A stretch of DNA of 64,000 bases. Source: Candidatus Rokuibacteriota bacterium (GTDB lineage Bacteria > Methylomirabilota > Methylomirabilia > Rokubacteriales > CSP1-6). A program made the position numbers and the translations under genes. The stretch is taken from the NCBI GenBank assembly GCA_003220435.1, contig QHSL01000060.1, forward strand, positions 47,917-111,916, read 5' to 3'. This document shows, piece after piece, positions 37,435 to 46,800 of this stretch (its first letter is position 1; each line of letters begins with the position of its first letter). A model generated the notes under the pieces. That model saw only the letters and a program-made list of their open reading frames with translations, was not told the DNA's origin and searched no databases.

Positions 37435-37868
37435 GCGGTGCGGGACGGCAAGTAGACCGTGGCGCTCCCAGGGGTGGCGACGCCGTCGCGCGGATTCTCG
37501 ATCCAGACGTCGAGCTCGACGGCGCCGTTGTCGCCGTCGCGCCACTTGCGGGCCACGCGTCCCCTGACGGCGATCGTGTCGCCACGCAGGTGGGGGCGCC
37601 GCATCTGGAACGCGAGGCGCTTCAGGAATCCTGCGTCGCCCGCCCAGTCCGTGGCCAGCCGGCAAAGCGCGGCGCGGATGAACCCGGTGTTGATGAAGAT
37701 GTCGGCGTGGCCGCCGTCCCGTGCGAAGGCCGAGTCGTGGTGGACCGGGTAGAAGTCCTGGGTGCCCGAGACCTGCTGCACCATGCGCGTCATCGTGAGC
37801 GGGAGCGAGAAGCCGTCGAGGGCGTCCCCCGCGACGACGTCCTCCCAGCAGCGCTGCGGCTCAGCCAC
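37431..37868 (-). CDS. MaoC-like (hotdog fold) dehydratase subunit.
   Basis: FYPVHHDSAFARDGGHADIFINTGFIRAALCRL is the hotdog active-site region of the (R)-hydratase/MaoC family. A GTG start at 37868 is assumed. Confidence 0.65.
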   Translation of the reverse strand: MAEPQRCWEDVVAGDALDGFSLPLTMTRMVQQVSGTQDFYPVHHDSAFARDGGHADIFINTGFIRAALCRLATDWAGDAGFLKRLAFQMRRPHLRGDTIAVRGRVARKWRDGDNGAVELDVWIENPRDGVATPGSATVYLPSRTA

Positions 37869-38352
37869 GAGCCGCGTCTCCGGCGGCGCGGTGCACCATG
37901 ATCTGGTTGATGCGCTCGGCGATGATCCGCTGCTCGCCATCGACGATCGTCGTGCCGGTCCGGATCCAGACCGAGAGCGGATCGAGCCGGGTCTTGCGCA
38001 GCTCCACCGTCAGCACCCGGTGACGCGAGCCCAGGCGATCCCCCACCCTCGCAGTGCGGAACCACTCGAACTCGTGCCCCAGGTTCACGAGCCGGTCGCC
38101 CGGCGTCGGGATGCGCCGCACCAGCGAGATGATGTCGAGCTCGGCCGGCGGCCACGGGCCCGCCGAGGCGAAGTAGTCGACCATCACCGGCGGGCACTCG
38201 CCGCGCTCGAGGTAGCGCGGGTTGAGGTCGTCGACCATGTGGCAGTAGCGCCGGATCGGGTCGTGCTCGACGGGATAGCGTCCCCAGACGAGCGGCGTCT
38301 CGTAGCCTTCCCACGCCTTCCGCACCGTCTCGACGTCGAACGCGGCGGTCAT
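37861..38352 (-). CDS. MaoC-N-terminal-like (hotdog fold) dehydratase subunit, paired with the previous gene.
   Basis: MTAAFDVETVRKAWEGYETPL... is about 163 aa with the FAS1-like dehydratase MaoC_N pattern. The ATG at 38352 overlaps the aminotransferase stop (ATGA). Confidence 0.65.
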   Translation of the reverse strand: MTAAFDVETVRKAWEGYETPLVWGRYPVEHDPIRRYCHMVDDLNPRYLERGECPPVMVDYFASAGPWPPAELDIISLVRRIPTPGDRLVNLGHEFEWFRTARVGDRLGSRHRVLTVELRKTRLDPLSVWIRTGTTIVDGEQRIIAERINQIMVHRAAGDAARG

Positions 38353-39521
38353 TTCCTCGCGAAGCTCTCGAACACCGGGCGCATCCGCTCGAGCGCCTTC
38401 TTGAGATTGGCTTCCGAGTTGGCGTACGAGAACCGCAGATAGCCCTCGCCGTGGGCGCCGAACGCGGCGCCCGACAGCGCCGCCACGCCGGCCTCGTTCA
38501 GGAGCCGCTCGGCGACGTCGGCGGACGGCCGGCGCGTGCCGGTGATGTTCGGGAACACGTAGAAGGCGCCGCGCGGCCGCGCGCAGTTGACGCCCGGCAG
38601 CTGGTTGAGCCCGTCCACCAGCAGGTCCCGGCGCCGCTTGAACTCGGCCACCATGCGCGCGACCGGCGTCTGATCGCCCTGGAGGGCGGCGATGCCAGCC
38701 AGCTGCACGAAGGACGCCGTGCACGAGTTCGAGTTCACCATGAGCCGCGCCACGTGCTCGGCGAGCTTCGGCGGCATCACGCCGTACCCGAGACGCCAGC
38801 CGGTCATCGCGTACGACTTCGAGAAGCCGTCGAGCAGGATCGTCAGGTCGCGCATGCCGCGCATGTTCATGATCGACGCGAACTCGCCCTCGTAGAGGAA
38901 CTGGCGATAGATCTCGTCGGTGAGCACCGGGATCTGGTGGGCGACGGCGATCGCCGCGATGCGCTCGAGCTGCGACCGGTCCAGGACGCCGCCGGTGGGA
39001 TTCTCGGGCGAATTGATCACGATCAGCTTCGTCTTCGACGAGACGCTGCGCTCGAACAGCTCCAGGTCGAACCCGAAGCCGCTCTCCTCGCGCAGCGGAA
39101 TCGGCACCGGCGTGCCGCCGACGAAGTTGATGACGGACTCGTAGATCGGGAAGCCGGGGTTCGGATGGATGACCTCGTCGCCCTCGCCGATCATGGCCAT
39201 GATCGTGAAGAACATGATCGGCTTGGCGCCGGGCGTGACGACGACCTCCTCGGGCGAGACGGGCACGCCGCGCGTCTCGGCGACGTGCTTGGCGATCGCC
39301 TCGCGCAGCTCGGGCAGCCCGGCCGACGGGCCGTAGTGCGTGGCCCCCGCGTCGAGCGCCTGCTTGGCGGCGTCCTTGATGTGCACCGGCGTGTCGAAGT
39401 CCGGCTCACCGATCTCGAGGTGAACGATCTCGCGTCCGGAGCGCTCGAGCTGCCGGGCTCGCGCCAGCACCTCGAACGCCGATTCGGTGCCGAGCCGCGC
39501 CATCCGTGAGGCGATGTTCAT
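38349..39521 (-). CDS. Class I/II pyridoxal-phosphate aminotransferase (aspartate/aromatic aminotransferase family).
   Basis: The conserved lysine is in LDGFSKSYAMTGWRLGY. NPTG and the overall AAT-I pattern are present. The product is 390 aa. Confidence 0.9.
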   Translation of the reverse strand: MNIASRMARLGTESAFEVLARARQLERSGREIVHLEIGEPDFDTPVHIKDAAKQALDAGATHYGPSAGLPELREAIAKHVAETRGVPVSPEEVVVTPGAKPIMFFTIMAMIGEGDEVIHPNPGFPIYESVINFVGGTPVPIPLREESGFGFDLELFERSVSSKTKLIVINSPENPTGGVLDRSQLERIAAIAVAHQIPVLTDEIYRQFLYEGEFASIMNMRGMRDLTILLDGFSKSYAMTGWRLGYGVMPPKLAEHVARLMVNSNSCTASFVQLAGIAALQGDQTPVARMVAEFKRRRDLLVDGLNQLPGVNCARPRGAFYVFPNITGTRRPSADVAERLLNEAGVAALSGAAFGAHGEGYLRFSYANSEANLKKALERMRPVFESFARK

Positions 39522-39564
39522 GCGGTTCTCCTTTCACTTCTCTTCGGGCGCCCTATTATAGGGC

Positions 39565-40203
39565 GTGGACTTCGTCAACGTTCCGGCCGGATCGTTCCGC
39601 ATGGGCTGGGCCGACGGTCACCCGTGCGAGCGTCCGGGGCACGTCGTGTGGGTCGACGCCTTCCTGATCGCGCGCACCCCGGCGACGAATGCCGACTACG
39701 CCGCGTATCTGGCCGTCACCGGCGCCGCGCCCCCGCCGTTCTGGTCCGATCCGTCGTTCACCGATCCGCTCCAACCCGTCGTCGGACTGTCGTGGGTCGA
39801 CGCCGTCGCGTTCGCTCGATGGTCCGGTGCGCGTCTGCCGACGGAGGCCGAGTGGGAGAAGGCGGCGCGCGCCGGCGTGGAGGACCGCCGCTTCCCCTGG
39901 GGCGACGAGCGGCCCGATGCGACGTTCGGCCGACCGCCACGCGTCGGTCGGACGCTCGCCAACGCGCTCGGACTCACCGATCTCTCGGGCGTCTGCCACG
40001 AATGGTGCGCCGACTGGTACGACGACGCCTACTACCTCCGTTCGCCCGCACGCAACCCGTGCGGGCCGGAGAACGGCGAACGGCGCGTGAGCCGCGGCGG
40101 CGCCTGGCGCCACGCCGATCCGTGGAGCCCCGTCGCGCATCGCTCCTCGCTGCCGCCGCACCTGCGCTACTCCGACTACGGCGTGCGTCTCGTCCGCGCC
40201 TGA
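39565..40203 (+). CDS. Formylglycine-generating-enzyme (FGE/sulfatase-modifying-factor) domain protein.
   Basis: RMGW...GLSWVDAVAFARWSGARLPTEAEWEKAARAG...NALGLTDLSGVCHEWCADWY...RVSRGGAW follows the FGE-sulfatase / EgtB-C-terminal-like pattern. Confidence 0.7.
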   Translation: MDFVNVPAGSFRMGWADGHPCERPGHVVWVDAFLIARTPATNADYAAYLAVTGAAPPPFWSDPSFTDPLQPVVGLSWVDAVAFARWSGARLPTEAEWEKAARAGVEDRRFPWGDERPDATFGRPPRVGRTLANALGLTDLSGVCHEWCADWYDDAYYLRSPARNPCGPENGERRVSRGGAWRHADPWSPVAHRSSLPPHLRYSDYGVRLVRA

Positions 40204-40227
40204 CGGCGTACAATACCCGCGAATCAC

Positions 40228-41172
40228 ATGGCGCCCGCGCGGGAGTCGATCCTGAGGGAGGGGATCTTCGCCGGCCTGATCGGCGCGGCCGTCGTCGCGG
40301 TCTGGTTCCTGCTGTTCGATCTCTGGCGAGGGCAACCGTTCCTGACGCCGGGATTGCTCGGCGCCGCCGTCTTTCAGGGCGTGAACAACCCGATCGGCGT
40401 CCAGCCCACCGTCGGCAACGTCCTCGGCTACACGATCGTCCACGGCCTGGCGTTCATCGCGTTCGGCGTGCTCGCGGCGAGCCTCATGGCGGTGAGCGAG
40501 CGCGAGCCCACCCTGCTCCTCGCGTTCGTGATCCTCTTCGCCAGCTTCGAGGTGTTCGTGTTCGGCGTCGTGGGCGCGCTCGGGAAGTCGATGCTGGGCG
40601 CCCTCGTGTGGTGGGCGATCCTGATCGGCAACCTGCTCGCGTCGTTTGCGATGCTCTGGTATTTTTTCCGCGCTCACCGAACGCTGTCGCGGACGCTGAT
40701 CGGCTCCTGGGGCGGTGTTGTCCGCGAAGGGGTCGTGGCCGGCCTTCTCGCCGCCGCGGTCGTCGCGGGCTGGTTCCTGGTGATTGACGCGATCCAGGGC
40801 GAGCCGCTGCGGACGCCGAAGCTCCTGGGCACGGGGCTGCTGCGCCAATCCGACCCGCTCGCCGCGATCGTCTCGTACACGATCGCGCACGGGATCGCGT
40901 TCGCGCTGTTCGGCATCATCGGCGCGGCGCTCATCGCCAGCGCCGAGCGGCAGCCACTCTTCGTGTTCGCCCTGGTGATCTTCTTCACCGCGTTCGAGGT
41001 GTTCTTCATCGGCGGCGTCCTCATCGCGGCCAAGTGGATTTTGGACGAGCTCGCCGGCTGGACCGTCCTGGTCGGCAATCTCCTCGCTACCGTCGCCATG
41101 CTCGCTTACTTCTTGGCTAACCATCGGGCGCTTGCTCGGCGGCTTACTGAAGCTTGGGCTGAAGAAGACTAG
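40228..41172 (+). CDS. Integral membrane protein built from two tandem homologous halves of about 150 aa each (DUF-type).
   Basis: ESILREGIFAGLIGAAVVAVWFLLFDLWRGQPFLTPGLLG...ASFEVFVFGVVGALGKSMLGALVWWAILIGNLLASFAML in the first half parallels GVVREGVVAGLLAAAVVAGWFLVIDAIQGEPLRTPKLLG...TAFEVFFIGGVLIAAKWILDELAGWTVLVGNLLATVAML in the second. This is a clear internal duplication. Confidence 0.7.
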   Translation: MAPARESILREGIFAGLIGAAVVAVWFLLFDLWRGQPFLTPGLLGAAVFQGVNNPIGVQPTVGNVLGYTIVHGLAFIAFGVLAASLMAVSEREPTLLLAFVILFASFEVFVFGVVGALGKSMLGALVWWAILIGNLLASFAMLWYFFRAHRTLSRTLIGSWGGVVREGVVAGLLAAAVVAGWFLVIDAIQGEPLRTPKLLGTGLLRQSDPLAAIVSYTIAHGIAFALFGIIGAALIASAERQPLFVFALVIFFTAFEVFFIGGVLIAAKWILDELAGWTVLVGNLLATVAMLAYFLANHRALARRLTEAWAEED

Positions 41173-41941
41173 CGGCGGACGGGCGGCGGAGGACCAGGAG
41201 GTCGATGGCTTCGAGAACTGGCGTCGGGATGGTTTCCTGGTCGGCGGCGTGGCGCATGCGGGCGAGGCCGGCTTGGAACTCGGCGTCGGTGATGAGGGCG
41301 AAGGTGGAGAGGGCGCGCTGCTTGATGCGGTCGTAGTGGGCGGTGAGGCTCGCGTCGATCTCTTGCTCGAGCGTGTCGAGGGCGACCAGCTCGAAGCCGT
41401 GGGCGGCGAAGGCCGAGCGCACCGACTCAACCGTCGGCAGACGCGCCTCGTCGGCGGCGCGCGCCTCGGGGAAGAACTCGAAGTAGCGCACGCGGTCGAG
41501 CCGCCCGGCGAAGGTGTTGCGGATGAACACGAGGCCACCCGGCTCGAGAACCCGGCGCAGCTCGCGCGCGCAGGCGCCGAGGTCGCCCACGTGATGGATG
41601 ACCATCGAGAGGAACGCGAAGTCGAACTCACCGTCGGCGGCCGGGATGGCGTCGGCCGCGCCTCCCACGTAGGCGACGTCGCGATGCGCGCCGTGGCGCT
41701 CGGCCTCCTCGCGCATCTTCGCGGACGGCTCGACGCCGACGACGCGGGCGCCGAAAGCGTCGGCCAGGATCCCCGAGAAGCGACCGGTGCCGGCACCGAG
41801 GTCGAGGATCGCTCGCGCGCTCCGCCGGCCGAGGTAGGCGGCGATCGCATCCATCCAGAGCCCACCGGTGTCCGGCGCGAGCGCGCGGCCCGTGCGATAC
41901 GTCCGATAGAGATCGCGGTCGTAGTCGACCGGCGTCACCAC
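41144..41941 (-). CDS. Class I SAM-dependent methyltransferase.
   Basis: ILDLGAGTGRFS is motif I, and a post-I acidic residue follows. The product is 265 aa. The GTG start overlaps the upstream stop. Confidence 0.8.
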   Translation of the reverse strand: MVTPVDYDRDLYRTYRTGRALAPDTGGLWMDAIAAYLGRRSARAILDLGAGTGRFSGILADAFGARVVGVEPSAKMREEAERHGAHRDVAYVGGAADAIPAADGEFDFAFLSMVIHHVGDLGACARELRRVLEPGGLVFIRNTFAGRLDRVRYFEFFPEARAADEARLPTVESVRSAFAAHGFELVALDTLEQEIDASLTAHYDRIKQRALSTFALITDAEFQAGLARMRHAADQETIPTPVLEAIDLLVLRRPSAASLLQPKLQ

Positions 41942-42699
41942 AAGGCGTCGGGGAGGGGCAGTCCCTTGAACTCGTGGGTCGGCAGTGGCACGGACGGCGT
42001 GATGCCGAGCCGCTCGGCGAGCGCATAGAGCTGCCGCAGGTGCTGCGCCGCGTGCCAGGTCGTGCGCTCGAGCAGGTCGTGGCCGGACTGCGGGCCGTAG
42101 TAGACCTTGATCACGCGCTCGAACTCACCCGGCGACGCGCCCTCGAACCAGCCGGTGATGCGCCCGCGCACGAGGGCGCCGTAGCGCGCGATGGCCGGAC
42201 CGTCGCGCAGGTCGTCGGGCGCCTGGTCGAGCAGCCAGGTCCCCGGGAACTCCCCGAGGTCCATGCCGTCCACGAACGCCAGCGAGAGCCGGAAGACGTG
42301 ATAGCCGAGGTTGCGGAAGGTCCGGTTGCGCTCGGGAGGCCGCCACTCGAGATGCTGGTCCGGCACGATCCGCATGAACTGCTGGGTCGTGTCCAGGAAG
42401 ACGTCGAGCCGCCGGGCCAGCTCCGTCGGCGGAAGCTTGGTCACCCCCGCGTAGGGAATGCCGAGCAGCGCGGCGTAGGCCGGCGGGTTCCAGCCGTGCG
42501 CGGCACGGTCGCCGACGGTGACCGCCGGCACGCGGGATACGCCCAGCCGCTTGAGCTCGTCGTAGCCCGCCGGGTTCGCCTGAACGTCCACCGGGTCGAA
42601 CTCGACCCCCCAAGACGAGAGAAGCTCCTTCGTCTTGGCACAGGACGATCAACCCGGGCGATAGAAGAGCTTGACCACTGTTCCAGAAACCTTGCTCAT
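41935..42699 (-). CDS. Candidate selenoprotein: a glutaredoxin-like domain (U-S-S-C motif, TGA at 42649-42651) fused to a DinB_2/YfiT-like thiol-dependent enzyme domain.
   Basis: ATG at 42699 gives MSKVSGTVVKLFYRPG-[TGA]-SSCAKTKELLSSWGVEFDPVDVQANPAGYDELKRLGVSRVPAVTVGD..., a textbook Grx fold (xCxxCxxxKxLL..GVxFxxVDV) whose first active-site Cys is the TGA. The track starts this gene at GTG 42591, in the middle of the Grx fold. A perfect 9-bp stem with an 11-nt loop (CCAAGACGA-AGGAGCUUCUC-UCGUCUUGG) starts 11 nt downstream of the UGA. Confidence 0.55.
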
Positions 42700-42749
42700 G
42701 TCGGTCCCCCTCGCGGATCGCGGTCCCGATTGTACCCGGGCGACCCGTC

Positions 42750-43022
42750 TCAGTCGACGCCCAGGGCAGCCAGACGATTGTAGAGCCACGCCCACGCGAA
42801 CCCGGCAACCCACGAGCCCGCGACCAGCGCCAGCAGGGTGCCGAGGAATCCGCCGTAGGTCAGGCTCGCGGGCAGGAGCGCGGCGACATCGGCCCCGAAG
42901 AACTGGGCATTGAAGAGGAACCGGAACACGTCCCGTTGCACGACCGCCAGGACATAGAAGACCACGTAGAAGGCCCCACAGAGCACGGCCAGCGAATGGG
43001 CGAACGCGAATCTCTTCAGCAT
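42750..43022 (-). CDS. Small hypothetical membrane protein of 90 aa.
   Basis: A GAGGAGG Shine-Dalgarno sequence precedes the ATG at 43022. The product has two predicted TM helices (MLKRFAFAHSLAVLCGAFYVVFYVLAVV... and ...GGFLGTLLALVAGSWVAGFAWAWLY). Confidence 0.5.
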   Translation of the reverse strand: MLKRFAFAHSLAVLCGAFYVVFYVLAVVQRDVFRFLFNAQFFGADVAALLPASLTYGGFLGTLLALVAGSWVAGFAWAWLYNRLAALGVD

Positions 43023-43060
43023 GGCTCCTCCTCGCGGCTCGAGTTGGGATCGCCCGCGCG

Positions 43061-43849
43061 TCACTTCCCGCGGAACGTCGGCGTCTGCTTGCGGGCGAAC
43101 GCGGTCACACCGTTCTTGAAGTCCTCGGTGTGGCCGCTGGCGGCGATGGCCTGCGCCTCCAGCTCCATCTGGGTCTCGAGGCTCTCCCACGTCGACTGGT
43201 GGAACAGCCGCTTGGCGCCGCCGAAGGCCTTCGACGGCCCCTGCGCCAGCTCCCGGGCCAGCGTCTTGACCGCCGTCGCGAGCTCCGCGTCCGGCACCAC
43301 GCGCGTCACCAGCCCCCACTCGAGCGCCTCGCGGGCCGTGAGGACGCGGTTCGTGAAGTAGAGCTCCATCGCGCGGCGGAGCCCGACGAGCCGCGGCAAG
43401 AAGTAGGACGACGAGCCGTCGGGCGTGGCGGCGATCCGCGAGTAGGCCATCGTGAAGCGCGCGGACTCGGCGGCCATCACGATGTCACCGGAGAGCGCGA
43501 AGCTGAGCCCGCCGCCCGCGGCGACGCCGTTCACCGCCATGATGACGGGCTTGTCGCTGCGGCAGAACCGCGACACGGTCCCGTGCAGATAGGTCGTGAG
43601 CTCCTTGACCAGCACGCCGATGCGCTCGAGGTTGTCCGCGAAGTCCTTCACGTCGCCGCCGGCGCAGAAGGCGCGGCCGGCACCGGTGACGACGACGCAG
43701 CGGACGGCCGGATCCTCGTCGACGTCGAGTGCGGTGTGGAACAGCTCGCGGCCGAGGCCGAGGCTGAGCGCGTTGAACGCGTCCGGCCGGTTGAGCGTGA
43801 TCGTCGCGACTCCCTCGCTGCGCTCCAGCGTCAAGAACTCGAGGCTCAT
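43061..43849 (-). CDS. Enoyl-CoA hydratase/isomerase (crotonase family).
   Basis: ITLNRPDAFNAL, VVVTGAGRAFCAGGDVK and AVNGVAAGGGLSFALSGD are crotonase signatures. The product is 262 aa. The 594-aa track ORF is an artefact. Confidence 0.85.
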   Translation of the reverse strand: MSLEFLTLERSEGVATITLNRPDAFNALSLGLGRELFHTALDVDEDPAVRCVVVTGAGRAFCAGGDVKDFADNLERIGVLVKELTTYLHGTVSRFCRSDKPVIMAVNGVAAGGGLSFALSGDIVMAAESARFTMAYSRIAATPDGSSSYFLPRLVGLRRAMELYFTNRVLTAREALEWGLVTRVVPDAELATAVKTLARELAQGPSKAFGGAKRLFHQSTWESLETQMELEAQAIAASGHTEDFKNGVTAFARKQTPTFRGK

Positions 43850-43866
43850 GGCGGTCGTCCTCCCCT

Positions 43867-46800
43867 TCAGGTCAGTCCGAGGCGCCGCCGGGCCACCGCC
43901 CCGACGACGTTCAGGACGTCCTCGATCTTCAACGGCTTGCCGAGCACCAGCTCCACACCGTGGGTCTGGCGCTCCGCCGCCGACAGCTCGACCCCGAATC
44001 CGGAGACGAGGACCACCGGCACCGCGGGGGCATGCTCCTTGACGGCCTGGGCCACCTGCCAGCCGGACACCCGGGGCATCGCCAGATCGGTGAACACGAG
44101 GTCGAAGAATTCGGAGCGGATCCGCGCGATCGCCTCGCCGCCGTCGTTGAGCACCACGACCCGATGGCCCGCCATCTCGAGCAAGTCGCCGAGCACCGCG
44201 CCCACGTCCTCCTCGTCGTCGACCACCAGACAGCGCAACGACACACCGGGCGGCGCGGGCTCGACGGCCGACACGGTCTCCGCCCGCTCGGGCGCCGCGC
44301 GCGGCGTGAACCGGAGGCGGAACGTGGTACCGCGGCCCTCCTGGCTCTCGACCGTGATCCGCGCGCCGTGGCGCGTGAGGATGCCGTACGTCATGGAGAG
44401 CCCCAGGCCGGTGCCCTGCGGGCCCTTCGTGGTGAAGAACGGGTCGAAGATCTTGCCGCGGATGGCCTCGGGGATTCCGACGCCGGAGTCGACCACCGTC
44501 ACCACGACCTCGTCGCCCTCCACGGCGGTGGTGAGGGTCAACGACCCGCCCCCCGGCATCGCGTCCAGCGCGTTCAGGATGAGGTTGGTCATGGCCTCGC
44601 GGAGCTCGGCGGGGTCGCCGGCCACCCGGGGTAGGTTCGCGAACGAGGTCCGCACGTCGAGGGCCACGCCGCGACTGCTCGGCTCTTCCTTCCAGCTCGA
44701 CTGGGTGATCTCGAGCGCTTCGCGCACGATCTCGTTGAGGTTGATCGCGACGAAGGGCTGATCGCGGCGCGTCCGCGTGAACTCCTGCAGCCGCCGGACG
44801 GTCTGCGCTCCGTCGAGGGCGGCGCGCTCGATCACCTTGAGCCACTGGCGCAGCTGCGGGTCTTCGAGCCGCTGGAGCGTCAGCTGCGCCCGGCCCAGGA
44901 TCGACGCGAGCAGGTTGTTGAAGTCGTGGGCGACGCCCGACGCCATCTCGCCGAGCGCGCGCAGCTTCTCCGTGCGGACGAGCTGGTCCTGCGCCGCCGC
45001 CAGCTCGCCGTACGCACGAGTGCGCTCCTCGAAGAGCTGCGCGCTACGCAGCGCGAGCGCGACGAGGTGGGCGATGTTGGTGAGGAGCCGCTCATGGGCC
45101 ACGCTGAACGCGCCCTCCGCGCTCCGGAGGCCGAGCACGCCGAGCACCGCTTCGTCCGCCATCATCGGGACGCCCAGCCAGTAGCGCAGCGGCGCGACGG
45201 CCAGCGTGGGCTCGACGCCCCGGCGGGCGCACTCGCCGATGTAGTCGTCGGTGCGGAGCGGCCGCCCGGTCTGGATCACGACCGACATGAGTCCGACCGA
45301 GCCGAGAGGATACCGGAGCGGCGCGCGCGCGTCCGGCGCGCCGTCGACGACGCGGAGCGCGATCTCGAGCTCCTTGCGCTCGGGGTCGTGGAGCGCGACG
45401 AACAGGTGACGGGCGTCCAGCACGCGAGCGACCTGCACCCGGATCGCCTCGATGAGGGCCACCCGATCGAGCTGGCCGGTGACCGCCTGCGACAGCTCGT
45501 GGAGCACCGACAGCTCCTCGACCTGCCGACGGTTCTCCTCGAAGAGGCGGACGTTCTCGAGCGCGACCCCGGCCTGCGTGGCGACGGCTTCCATCAGCGC
45601 CATCTCGCCGGCCGAGAGCTCGCGCACCTGCTCCCACCAGATCAACGAGAACCCGCCGATCACCCGCTCCTGCGCAACGATCGGGACAAACAGGTGGCTC
45701 TGGTGCGCGAGCAGCTCCTTGGCAAACTGTGGAATCCGTCCGTCGCCGGGCACGTCGGCCGAGAAGATCGGGCGCTTCGTCCGGATCGCCTCCGCCAAGA
45801 AGGCATGCTCGGCGAGCGGAATGCTGAAGCCCGTCATGCGGGCGCGGAGATCGACGGGAACGTGGTAGCCGGCGACCGGCAGGAGCCGCGAGCCGTCCTC
45901 ATCGAGCAGCCACACCCCCGCCGAGTCGGCGCCCAGGGCGCGAGTCACGCGGCGGAGGAAATGGCGGAGGAGGGCCTGGAGGTCGAGCGTCGTCGACATC
46001 GCCTGGCTCAGCGACAGCAGTGTCTCCGTCTCACGCACCCGCTCCCGGGCCTCGGCGTAGAGTCGCGCGTTCTCCAGCGCGATGGCGGCCCGCGCGGCGA
46101 AGCTCTCCAGGACGGCCAGATCCTCGTCGAGGAAGGGCGCCGCAGGGTCCCCCGCGCGATTCATGGCGATGACGCCGAGCAACCGGTCCTGGAAAATGAG
46201 CGGGCACGCCACCGCACGCGTCACGCCGAGATCGACCCATCGCTGGAGGGCGACGCTCGAGTCCGCGTAGTCGTTGACGATCAGCCCCCGCTGTTGCTCG
46301 GCGCAGGCGCCGACCACGCCGTGCCCGAAGCGGACGGTGACGCCGCCGAACCCGCCGCCCTCCGTCCACGCGCGGGGCGCCAGCATCCGATCGCCGTCGA
46401 CGAGATAGATGACGCCGTTGGCCTCGAAGAGGCGCGTGGCGCGCTCGACGATCAGCGTGAACAGGCGCGCCGGATCGAGCTCGGGCGCCAGCTCGCGCTC
46501 GGCCTCGGCAAGCGTCGCGATCTGGGCGCGGCGGGCCGCCTCGAGCGAGAACAGCCGGGCGTTCTCGAGCGCCAGCGCGGCCTGGTCGGCGAACGCCTCG
46601 AGCAGTGCGACCTCGGCCGGCGAGAAGACGCGGCCGCTCGCGTCGGCCAGGGCCAGCGCGCCGATGATCCGTCCCTTGGCTCGGAGCGGCACCGACAGGA
46701 CCGCGCCGTCACCCGCTTGCCGCATCGTCGCGCGCAGGTCGTCGGTCATGACGACGGTCGGATCCGTGAAGAGATCGGCCGATGCGACGGCCCGCCCCTC

